This document shows positions 8,983-17,022 of a stretch of 32,000 nucleotides of DNA, one piece after another (the first letter of the stretch is position 1; every line of letters begins with the position of its first letter). The stretch spans positions 870,001 through 902,000 of the forward strand of contig NC_017262.1 of assembly GCF_000175255.2 (NCBI RefSeq), in the 5' to 3' direction. The position numbers and the translations under genes were made by a program. A model generated the notes under the pieces. That model was given only the letters and a program-made list of their open reading frames with translations. It was not told the origin of the DNA and did not search any database. The stretch comes from Zymomonas mobilis subsp. mobilis ATCC 10988. GTDB lineage: Bacteria > Pseudomonadota > Alphaproteobacteria > Sphingomonadales > Sphingomonadaceae.

Positions 8983-10344
8983 ATGCTTAAAAATATCTGG
9001 AACCGGATGAGCAACCGACGACGCCTCCTTAGCGGGATGCTGCTTTTAGCCTGTATTAGTGCGCCGGTTGTTCTCAGGGATCGGGCGCATGTGCCTTTTG
9101 ATCAGGTCACAGGCACAAAACCGGTTCTAACCGAACCCAGATGGCATAGGCTTTGGCCGGTTTTCAATCCGGGGCGCTTTGTCGGCTGGTCGGACGATCA
9201 TAAAAAGCCAGAAACAGTTTCAGGTTTAAAAATATCGCTTTTTGCCGATAAACTGTTTCATCCCCAATGGATTTATCTGTTACCGAATGGTGATATTCTC
9301 GTTTCAGAATCCAACGCCCCGATTTCGTCTCGTCATAAACCGGGATTTCTCAAGCGCCTTTTCTGGCATCTTACTCGCCGTGAAAAGGATTCTTCACCGG
9401 ACAGGATTGTTTTGCTGCGCGATAGCAATCACGACGGGAAAGCTGACCAGAAAAGCATTTTCATCGACAATCTTCACTCCCCTTTTGGTATCGCCTTAAA
9501 AGGGGACAGGCTTTATGTCGCCACCAGCGATGCCATTCTCGCCTATCCCTATAAAGGCGGTGAAGATCATATCACCGCGCCAGCGCAGCAAATCACAACG
9601 CTTCCGGCAGGCGACATCAATCTGAACTGGACACGCAATATCCTTCTCAGTCCAGACGGGCGTTTCCTTTATGTGGCGGTTGGTTCTGCGACCAATATCG
9701 CGGATAAAGGCATGGCACTGGAAAAGGAACGCGCTGCGGTCTGGGAAATCGACCTGCAAAATAACAGTCACCGACTGTACACCACAGGCCTTCGGAATCC
9801 GGTCGGTATGGCCTTCCATCCAGAAACGAAGGCATTATGGTCAGTTGTCGATGAAAGAGATAATGTCGGCTCGGATATGGTGCCGGATTATCTGACCCAA
9901 CTGAATGAAGGTGATTATTACGGCTGGCCTCAATTTTATTGGGGCGGCTATCCCGACCGTCATTTCAAAAAGATCGACAAGCTGACACAAAGCACGGTGA
10001 CATGGCCGGATTATTCGCTCGGGGCGCATGTTGCTCCCTTGGCCTTGGTTTTTGCCCATGATCCGGCTTCTGGTCGGGTCAATCTTGGGGATAACTTCAA
10101 AAACGGTGCCTTTATTTCCGAACATGGCTCGCTCTATCGCTATCCATGGTCAGGCTATCAGGTCGTTTTTGTGCCTTTTAATGACAAAGGCGAAGCTACC
10201 GGAAAGCCGATCACGGTGGTCAAGGACTTCCGGCAAGGCAACAAGGTCTATGGTTTACCGGCCGGTATGACCGGCGATGCTTCCGGTGCCTTGTTGATTG
10301 CAGATGAAGCCAGCAACCGCATCTGGCGGCTGTCCAAAGACTAA
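8983..10344 (+). CDS. Beta-propeller sugar dehydrogenase, PQQ-dependent glucose/sorbosone dehydrogenase family
   Basis: 453-aa ORF. N-terminal hydrophobic anchor or signal (RRRLLSGMLLLACISAPVVL). Propeller-type blocks (LLPNGDILVSE, GLRNPVGMAFHP, LWSVVDERDN, YGWPQFYWG) resemble soluble aldose/sorbosone dehydrogenases. In-frame ATG 9007 is an alternative start. Confidence 0.78.
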   Translation: MLKNIWNRMSNRRRLLSGMLLLACISAPVVLRDRAHVPFDQVTGTKPVLTEPRWHRLWPVFNPGRFVGWSDDHKKPETVSGLKISLFADKLFHPQWIYLLPNGDILVSESNAPISSRHKPGFLKRLFWHLTRREKDSSPDRIVLLRDSNHDGKADQKSIFIDNLHSPFGIALKGDRLYVATSDAILAYPYKGGEDHITAPAQQITTLPAGDINLNWTRNILLSPDGRFLYVAVGSATNIADKGMALEKERAAVWEIDLQNNSHRLYTTGLRNPVGMAFHPETKALWSVVDERDNVGSDMVPDYLTQLNEGDYYGWPQFYWGGYPDRHFKKIDKLTQSTVTWPDYSLGAHVAPLALVFAHDPASGRVNLGDNFKNGAFISEHGSLYRYPWSGYQVVFVPFNDKGEATGKPITVVKDFRQGNKVYGLPAGMTGDASGALLIADEASNRIWRLSKD

Positions 10345-10388
10345 CCGACAATCCGGCAAGAATCTCCGACTCTTTGGTCTTTTCTGTT

Positions 10389-10419
10389 TTTCCTGTCAGA
10401 GGCGATGCCTGACAGGAAA
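10389..10419. other. Perfect 11-bp stem hairpin between convergent genes (atypical terminator or REP-like element)
   Basis: TTTCCTGTCAG (10389..10399) and CTGACAGGAAA (10409..10419) around a 9-nt loop. The T-tract (TTTTCTGTTTTT) lies 5' of the stem on the plus strand, so neither orientation gives a canonical stem plus U-tail. Confidence 0.3.
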
Positions 10420-10582
10420 TCAGAAGCCATAGCCAAGGCGGGCTTTATCAAACGGTGTCTCTTACTATTTCGCTTATAAACGACGTCATGCTTTTGCCGC
10501 AGAGATAAACCGACGTCTAAAAGTCGGCTAGACCGTCTGTCACCCCATCAAAAACATGCCTATCGTGGGATAAACAGCCTGC

Positions 10583-11230
10583 CTAACGGGCTATTGCATC
10601 AAATAAAAAGATACCCGTCATATCTGCCATCCGGTGACGATAGCGATCAACTTTATCGGGATAGCGAACCCCCTTCACCAAAGACAGACTGCGTAGTTGG
10701 GCAAATAAATGAATATCATCGGTCGATAACTGACCATTGACCGCTTCCGGTGACTGAATAAGCGGTTCCAACTGCTCCAAACTATCTTCATAACGTTGAA
10801 TCAGGCGTGGCGTTTCTTTGATACATTGATCGAAACTACCGACCTCGCCTTCTTTGCGGCGAATAAAATAGCGTCTTGCCGCTTGGGTAGCGAATTCTGG
10901 CAAAGGAGCCATCACCGCCCTCGGATAAAGCAAAGAATAAATACCCGAAAAGCTGTGCATAGCGCGTAAAACGGCCGGATTCCGCGCTCCCGTTAAAAGA
11001 GGACGGCCTTTTTCTTGGTCGATATATTGGACGATATCCATACTCTCGCCCATAAAATGGCCATTTTCTTCCAAAATCGGCACCAGCTTATAACCGGTCA
11101 TGCGGATCGGCTGCGCTTCGTCATTATGCTGCAAGATAACCTGATCGAAAGCTAAATCTTTCAATCCAAAAATCATCCGTGCTTTCACACAGAAAGGACA
11201 ATGTTCATAGATATAGAGCTTCAAATTCAT
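10583..11230 (-). CDS. grxB: Glutaredoxin 2 (GST-fold, GrxB)
   Basis: MNLKLYIYEHCPFCVKARMIFGLK with the CPFC active site. The protein is collinear over its full length with the E. coli Grx2 pattern (VPILE.., MDIVQYID, NGQLSTDDIHLF). ATG 11230 was chosen over the ORF-track start 11254. Confidence 0.88.
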   Translation of the reverse strand: MNLKLYIYEHCPFCVKARMIFGLKDLAFDQVILQHNDEAQPIRMTGYKLVPILEENGHFMGESMDIVQYIDQEKGRPLLTGARNPAVLRAMHSFSGIYSLLYPRAVMAPLPEFATQAARRYFIRRKEGEVGSFDQCIKETPRLIQRYEDSLEQLEPLIQSPEAVNGQLSTDDIHLFAQLRSLSLVKGVRYPDKVDRYRHRMADMTGIFLFDAIAR

Positions 11231-11379
11231 GAGCCGACCCGCCTTATTGACCATCTCAAACAGGCGGACATTCTACCCCGCAAGGCAACAATATTTAAGA
11301 CAGAAATCACTTTCCTCAAAAAGCTCTCAAAGTTTTTTGACAACAGGAAAGAGCAAGAGCATGCACCCCATCGACAGAA

Positions 11380-11817
11380 TTATAAATCTTCCGGCGACAA
11401 TCCCAAGGCTTCACGGGCGCGTTGACCAAGATCAAGCCCATTGATAACTTCAACCATATGGAAAGGATCGATTTCGGTAACTCGTTTCCCTTCGCGGCTT
11501 TCTTTATAATAGGAAAGTTTCAAAACAGCTTTGCCATTTTCCTTTTTCAGAACGCCTCTTCCGATAATCTCGACCGAAGGACTGCGTAACGAAAGTTTGG
11601 TAAAGCCTTTCTGCCGCACCGCTTCAACAAGGGCATCCTCCGCCGAAAAAGCTAAAATCCCTAAACTCGCCAAAGTCACTTCATCGGCAATAGAGGGATC
11701 ATCAGACGGTATTTTTTTATAAACTGGCTCTGGCAATGATACCTCCGAAACCACGCCCAGAAGGTCATTTTCGGCATTAAAAAGCTGCATAACATCGAAA
11801 TCTTGTGAAGCGTCCAT
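11380..11817 (-). CDS. Hypothetical protein, 145 aa, acidic N-terminus, no family recognised
   Basis: Clean ORF with AAGG..GGAAG just upstream of the ATG. Its composition looks like neighbouring genes and no competing ORF is present. No motif that I recognise. Confidence 0.55.
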   Translation of the reverse strand: MDASQDFDVMQLFNAENDLLGVVSEVSLPEPVYKKIPSDDPSIADEVTLASLGILAFSAEDALVEAVRQKGFTKLSLRSPSVEIIGRGVLKKENGKAVLKLSYYKESREGKRVTEIDPFHMVEVINGLDLGQRAREALGLSPEDL

Positions 11818-12081
11818 CTTCCGGCCTTAACTGGGTTGTCGTGATGCCCTTTGCAGAAATTCTCTTTACCAAAGGAGAGTCCCCCTTTGGATTTCCATTT
11901 CTCAGAAACACCCTAAATATGACATAAATAACATATTTACACAAATAAAAGAAAATTTATAATAAAAAGGGTGATTAGGCTGTTCTTTTTATAAAAAACA
12001 GAAACCTTGTTTCGAGCAAAAAAAACTCTGCTAATCAAAAAGATAAGAGCCGCCTCTTGCCCGAACAAAAGGCTATTTATC

Positions 12082-13209
12082 CTATCCCGCCGAATTCAGT
12101 TTTTTCACTGGAAAGCTAGGATGCTTATCCAACCAAGATTGTGCCTCTTTTTTGGCCTCGGCAATCTGGGCAGGGGTCATCATTTTACTTAAAACCTGAC
12201 AATTATTTTCGGCATTTTTTAGACCCAGACCGGCTGCCAGACTGAACCACATATAGGCATCCACATCATTTCGAGCAGCCCCCTCGCCCAAATGCGCCAT
12301 TTTACCCAACATAAACAAGGCAACGACATCACCCTGCGCTGCCGCTTTCTGATACCAGAGGACGGCCTCTTTATAATTCTGGGATTTGCCTTTGGCCTGA
12401 TGGTAAAGGAGGCTTGCCAAATTCAACTGCGCTTTCACAAAGCCTTGATCGGCGGCCTTCTGATACCAAGCCAAAGCGATCTTCTGATCCTGAACAACAC
12501 CTTGGCCTTTTTCATAAAGATAGGCGATATTATATTCGGCAGCCGGAAATTTCTGATCGGCGGCCTTCTGATACCAAGTCGCAGCAGTCGCCATATCTTG
12601 GGTTACGCCCTGCCCCTGACTATACATCACGCCCAAATTATATTCAGCCAAAGCATAGCCTTGGGCAGCCGCTTTTTGATACCAGATAGCGGCTGTTTTA
12701 TACTCTTGGGCTGTGCCAAGGCCTTGATAATACATATCGCCCAAATTGGTTTGGGCAACTTTGTCGCCTTGCCCTGCCGCACGCTGTAACCAAGTCAAAG
12801 CGGCCTGAAAATTCTGGGGGACACCGACACCATATTGATACATGCTGCCCACATTATTTTCAGCCTTCACAAAACCCTGATCGGCGGCTTTCTGATACCA
12901 TGAAAAAGCGGTTTTATAATTTCTAGCTACGCCCTTTCCCCGTTCATACAATGCCCCCAAATAAAATTGGGCTTCGGCATGACCGAGATCCGCAGCCTTC
13001 TGAAAATACTCTCTGGCTTGGCTGTAGCTCTGGGCAACATTATGTCCGTGATAATAGCGAAGACCAGATTCAAAATTGTCATTTGCCTTTTTGACATCTG
13101 TCGTTTTCACCGCTGCATAAAGCGGGAAAGATGTCACCGGCGTTAAAGCCACCAATAATGGCAACCAGATATTTTTCTGAAAAAACAAGCTTCTTGTCGT
13201 CAGTATCAC
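12082..13209 (-). CDS. Secreted Sel1-like repeat (SLR/TPR-like) protein, about 8 repeats
   Basis: 375-aa ORF with a GTG start preceded by GGGG. Signal-peptide-like N-terminus (IWLPLLVALTPVTSFPLYAA). There are eight 36-aa repeats of the form A..WYQKAA.QG...A..NLG.MY..G.GV.QD. Confidence 0.9.
   Translation of the reverse strand: MILTTRSLFFQKNIWLPLLVALTPVTSFPLYAAVKTTDVKKANDNFESGLRYYHGHNVAQSYSQAREYFQKAADLGHAEAQFYLGALYERGKGVARNYKTAFSWYQKAADQGFVKAENNVGSMYQYGVGVPQNFQAALTWLQRAAGQGDKVAQTNLGDMYYQGLGTAQEYKTAAIWYQKAAAQGYALAEYNLGVMYSQGQGVTQDMATAATWYQKAADQKFPAAEYNIAYLYEKGQGVVQDQKIALAWYQKAADQGFVKAQLNLASLLYHQAKGKSQNYKEAVLWYQKAAAQGDVVALFMLGKMAHLGEGAARNDVDAYMWFSLAAGLGLKNAENNCQVLSKMMTPAQIAEAKKEAQSWLDKHPSFPVKKLNSAG
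12446..12900. repeat. Intragenic tandem periodicity of 108 bp (36 codons) with near-identical 23-25-nt cores
   Basis: TGATCGGCGGCCTTCTGATACCAAG occurs exactly at 12446..12470 and 12554..12578 (offset 108). TGATCGGCGGCTTTCTGATACCA at 12878..12900 has one mismatch and an offset of 3x108. A diverged copy has TGATACCA at 12677, again in register. Confidence 0.85.
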
Positions 13210-13990
13210 GGTTACACCCCTATTTTTTCAGAAACCGGAATAAAAGATACCGTCATCTTTCTGGCATGACAGAATAACAAGCTGTCTCAAAAAGATAACC
13301 CATGATAACTACCGACCATAGGCAAAATACAAATTATCGAGAACTGTGTTTTTGTTACCTGAACAAGATAATCTCCAGATCAAAAAACACATAATATCCG
13401 ATTTTCGCGACAGAATAAGGCGCTTACAATATTTCAAAAATGAAGATTTTTGTTTTTTCAAATCATAAAAATATATCAACAAAAAAAGACTTTTTATGGG
13501 ATAGATAAAGCCTAATTTATTGAAATTTTAAAACAAATAATGATTTCTAAATTACCAAAGCCGCATCAAAATCACGCCCCAATTTTTGAAACTGCCCTCA
13601 AATTCCTTTTCATCTGCATCAATCTTGTCTTTTTTCTGATTGCCCAAAAAGGCTTTTAAATCAGGCGATAACGGCCTTTTTGGGTTCTTTTCAATAAATC
13701 GAAGAAAACGATAACTGTAAAAAAAAGTTTGATAATGAAACGGATTATCATTAGCAATTTCGTCATTATGAAAAGATCGACTCAATATAGAGAAAGAAAT
13801 GATACTTTGTATCATAAGCATAGCAAAAACAATAATGACGGATTCTTTTGAATGCTCCAGTCAATATCGCTTCTCATTTCTTGAAAGGCAAAAAGAAATC
13901 AAAGGCCAATCAGCCTTTTTATTTAAACGATACTAAATAATAAAGATTATCTTTTTTATTATTTCTTGATCAAATAGAAGGAAAATAAAT
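13210..13990. other. Extreme AT-rich divergent control region (Sel1 gene 1 leftward, oprB rightward)
   Basis: Counted 23 G/C in the 120 nt at 13441..13560, against 33 G/C in the first 60 nt of the window. Contains A/T runs and two hairpins with T-tails (13646..13683 and 13901..13925). Confidence 0.8.
13552..13821 (-). CDS. Questionable 89-aa ORF inside the AT-rich island
   Basis: It is the only ORF over 60 aa in the island, is Lys/Phe/Asn-rich as expected from AT-rich DNA, and has no recognisable motif. A terminator-like hairpin (AAAAAGGC..GCCTTTTT, 13646..13683) lies inside it. Confidence 0.2.
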   Translation of the reverse strand: MLMIQSIISFSILSRSFHNDEIANDNPFHYQTFFYSYRFLRFIEKNPKRPLSPDLKAFLGNQKKDKIDADEKEFEGSFKNWGVILMRLW

Positions 13991-15652
13991 ATGATGCTCA
14001 TTGACAGGGATAATGCTCAAAAGCACATCGCCTTCTTGAAAACAGATTTATTTTCAAATTCTATTTCCGAAAAGAGAAAAAAGATAATATGTACAGCTTG
14101 TTCTATGAATCATGCAAAAACTGATTGTCTCAAGACCTGTTTGCTTATGGCAAGCAGCTTATTTCTTCTTCCCTGCGCCACGGCTGCGACAGCCTCTTCT
14201 TACGACCAACCCGATACCCAAATACAAAGAGACAGCGCCAAATTAGGCAATTCAACACCCGCGGTCAGCCAAATCGACCCCGCCGCAGCCCGAGATTCAA
14301 AAACCGCAATCCCCTCACCTACCGCCGATAACAAAGATACGCTCGACACCAGCGGCAACCTCCTCGGTGATATGGGCGGGCTTCGGACATGGCTCTATAA
14401 ATACGGCATTACATTTGATCTCGAAGAATATGACGAATTATGGGGTAATGTTTCCGGTGGTACCGGCGGCAAGCCCGCTTATGAAGGGGTCACCGCTCCG
14501 ACTATTCGGGTTGATCTTGAAAAACTGATTGGCCTCAAAGGCGGCCTTTTCAATGTCAGCGCACTGCAAACCCGTGGGCGCTCGATCAGTCAGGAACAAC
14601 TTTCCGTCTATAACCCTGTCAGCGGCTTTGAAGCAGACCGCTCCACCCGCTTATTTGAATTATGGTATCAACAAAGTTTCTTCCATGACAAATTAGACAT
14701 CAAAATCGGGCAGCAAGATCTCTATACAGAATTTTTAATCAGCGATTACGGCGCGCTCTATTTGAACGCTAATTTCGGTTGGCCAATGGCACCTTCCGTC
14801 AATCTCTATGGTGGCGGGCCCGCATGGCCGTTGGCTTCTCCCGCCATCCGCTTCCGCTATCGCCCGACCAACCAGCTTACCGTTCTCTTTGCGGCTGCCG
14901 ATGACAATCCTTCCGGCCACAGCTTTTACAACAGCGCAGATCCCACCAATCAAAGCGTCCATAAAGACGGTGCCAATTTCAATATGGGCGGCGGCGCGCT
15001 TTTGATTGCGGAATTACAATATGCCATCAATCCGCAACCGGATGATATGTCCACGGTTACCGAAAATCCGGGCTTACCGGGTATCTATCGCTTGGGCGGA
15101 TTTTATGACACTGGACGTTTTCCCGACCAACGTTACGATACCAATGGTAATTTGCTCGCTTCACCAGACAGCAACGGCAATGCCCGAATGCATCGTGGCA
15201 ACTGGATGATTTACGGTATTGTCGATCAAATGATCTGGCGGCCTTCTTTGGGGTCTCCAACCTCTCTTGGGGTCTTTGTTCGCCCGACTTTTAATATGGG
15301 CGACCGCAATATGGTTTCTTTTGCGATTGATGCTGGTCTCAATCTCAAAGCACCCTTTAAAGGACGCAATAATGACACCGTTGGACTGGCATGGGGTATG
15401 GGACGAACCAGTTCAGGCCAGCGTGCTTATGACCGCGATCTCCGTTATTTCAATGGGGGACGCTATCAACCGATCAGCGGCAATGAACATCATATAGAGC
15501 TGACTTATCAGGCACAAATCACGCCTTGGATGGTGCTACAACCTGATCTGCAATATATCATCAACCCATCGGGGGGCGTGCTTAATACGAATACCTATAA
15601 AAAGGTCGGCAACGAAGTTGTCTTCGGCCTACACAGCAATATCAGCTTCTAA
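13991..15652 (+). CDS. oprB: Carbohydrate-selective porin, OprB family
   Basis: 553-aa ORF. OprB-like blocks (LLGDMGGLR, ELWYQQSF, LKIGQQD) and the outer-membrane beta-barrel terminal motif (VVFGLHSNISF). RBS GAAGGAAAA lies before ATG 13991, but the signal-peptide-like segment (LLMASSLFLLPCATAATA) starts near codon 50, so ATG 14105 may be the true start. Confidence 0.86.
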   Translation: MMLIDRDNAQKHIAFLKTDLFSNSISEKRKKIICTACSMNHAKTDCLKTCLLMASSLFLLPCATAATASSYDQPDTQIQRDSAKLGNSTPAVSQIDPAAARDSKTAIPSPTADNKDTLDTSGNLLGDMGGLRTWLYKYGITFDLEEYDELWGNVSGGTGGKPAYEGVTAPTIRVDLEKLIGLKGGLFNVSALQTRGRSISQEQLSVYNPVSGFEADRSTRLFELWYQQSFFHDKLDIKIGQQDLYTEFLISDYGALYLNANFGWPMAPSVNLYGGGPAWPLASPAIRFRYRPTNQLTVLFAAADDNPSGHSFYNSADPTNQSVHKDGANFNMGGGALLIAELQYAINPQPDDMSTVTENPGLPGIYRLGGFYDTGRFPDQRYDTNGNLLASPDSNGNARMHRGNWMIYGIVDQMIWRPSLGSPTSLGVFVRPTFNMGDRNMVSFAIDAGLNLKAPFKGRNNDTVGLAWGMGRTSSGQRAYDRDLRYFNGGRYQPISGNEHHIELTYQAQITPWMVLQPDLQYIINPSGGVLNTNTYKKVGNEVVFGLHSNISF

Positions 15653-15665
15653 AAAGTACCCTTTT

Positions 15666-15701
15666 CAATCTGGTGCTTCTCACCTTTTCAGCACCGGATT
15701 G
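15666..15701 (+). terminator. Stem-loop just downstream of oprB (terminator or stability hairpin, no clear U-tail)
   Basis: CAATCTGGTGC (15666..15676) pairs with GCACCGGATTG (15691..15701): 11 bp including one G-U, with a 14-nt loop, 14 nt after the stop. Followed by GAAAGAAAA rather than a T-tract. Confidence 0.4.
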
Positions 15702-15917
15702 GAAAGAAAACCAAAAATCACGCCCCCATAAAAGCGGTATCCTATCCAAAAAAAACCAAGATATTTTGCCTTTTTCCAAGAGACATTGGCACATTCAAAT
15801 ATTTACCGCCAAAGAAAGAATATGATAGACTTAGAAAATCGCTACCCTTTTTAATAGGGCAGGCTTTTTTCAAGCAAAGACTAAAAATAGTCCTGCTTTT
15901 TCAGCTTAGGATGCCTC

Positions 15918-16886
15918 ATGAAACAGCGCCCGTTAGGAAAGACCGGATTCCAGATTGCCCCGATTATTTTTGGCGGCAATGTTTTCGGCTGGACAGTCGA
16001 TGAAAAACGTAGCTTTGCGCTGTTGGATGCGTGGATTGATGCCGGTTTTAATGCCATTGATACCGCTGATATGTATTCGGCTTGGGTCGATGGGAATAAA
16101 GGCGGGGAATCCGAAAGCATCATCGGCCATTGGTTACAAGCCCATCCTTCCAAACGGGACAAGGTTCTTATTTTCACCAAGGTTGGCGGCGATTTCCGCG
16201 ATGAAAAACGAAAAGGTCTCAAAGCGGGCTATATCCGCCTCGCCGTCGAGGCCTCGTTGCAAAGACTGTCAATCGAAGCCATTGACCTTTACCAGTCGCA
16301 TTTTCCTGACGAAACCGTTGATGATGAAGAAACGCTCAGCGTTTACCAAGACCTCATCAAGGAAGGCAAAATCAGGGCAATCGGGGCTTCAAATTATACC
16401 GCCCCCCAGCTTGATCGCGCCTTGAAAATTGCCGCAGAGAAAAACCTTCCAGCTTATCAAACGCTGCAACCTGAATATAATCTTTATGACCGCTTCGGCT
16501 ATGAAGGTGCCGTTGCCGATCTCTGCCTTGACCATACAATCGGGGTAATCCCTTATTACAGTCTGGCTTCCGGCTTTTTATCAGGGAAATACCGTTCCGA
16601 AGCCGATCTCGGCCAAAGCCAACGCGGTGCAGGCATCAAAAAATATCTAAACCCTCGCGGAATGCGCATCTTGGCCGCGCTGGATGAGGTCTCAAAAGGA
16701 CAAAATGCCAAACCGGCAGAAATTGCCTTGGCATGGTTATTAACACGCCCTGCCATCACTGCCCCGATCGCCAGCGCGACCAGCATCGAACAAATGGCTA
16801 GCTTGAAAAAAGCCACTGAAATAAATCTGACACCCGATGAGGTTATACTGTTGAATGAGGCCAGTGCCGTTTTACCAACGGATTAA
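15918..16886 (+). CDS. Aldo-keto reductase family oxidoreductase
   Basis: 322-aa ORF with RBS AGGA. AKR motifs GFNAIDTADMYS (catalytic Asp/Tyr region), IDLYQSH, IRAIGASNY. Confidence 0.92.
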   Translation: MKQRPLGKTGFQIAPIIFGGNVFGWTVDEKRSFALLDAWIDAGFNAIDTADMYSAWVDGNKGGESESIIGHWLQAHPSKRDKVLIFTKVGGDFRDEKRKGLKAGYIRLAVEASLQRLSIEAIDLYQSHFPDETVDDEETLSVYQDLIKEGKIRAIGASNYTAPQLDRALKIAAEKNLPAYQTLQPEYNLYDRFGYEGAVADLCLDHTIGVIPYYSLASGFLSGKYRSEADLGQSQRGAGIKKYLNPRGMRILAALDEVSKGQNAKPAEIALAWLLTRPAITAPIASATSIEQMASLKKATEINLTPDEVILLNEASAVLPTD

Positions 16887-17022
16887 CGAAAACTACTTTT
16901 CTTCTGATACAGATTTTTTAATGGGGCGTTGTTCAGTCGAAAGTTTTTAACCGGCCTTGCGATCGAAAATAGACATTTTCTCATAGCATAAAAACAAGGG
17001 GCATCATCGGGATGGATAAGCT

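Noticed and set aside
10388-10399. 12-mer TTTTTCCTGTCA shared between 10388..10399 and 30793..30804
   Set aside because: A single 12-nt match between two sites in 32 kb is within chance expectation, and the flanks do not align.
12292-12789. Long antisense ORFs inside both Sel1 genes: 165 aa at 12292..12789 and 201 aa at 24028..24633, both on the plus strand
   Set aside because: They lie exactly opposite strongly supported repeat-protein genes. Their translations are low-complexity (Leu/Ile/Phe/Gly-rich) with no start context. The stop-free antisense frame is a by-product of the repeated Ala/Gln/Trp/Tyr codon pattern.
15787-15802. TGGCAC hexamer suggesting a sigma-54 (-24) element upstream of the AKR gene
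   Set aside because: The required GC/TTGC -12 element five bases downstream is absent; the sequence there is ATTCAAATAT.
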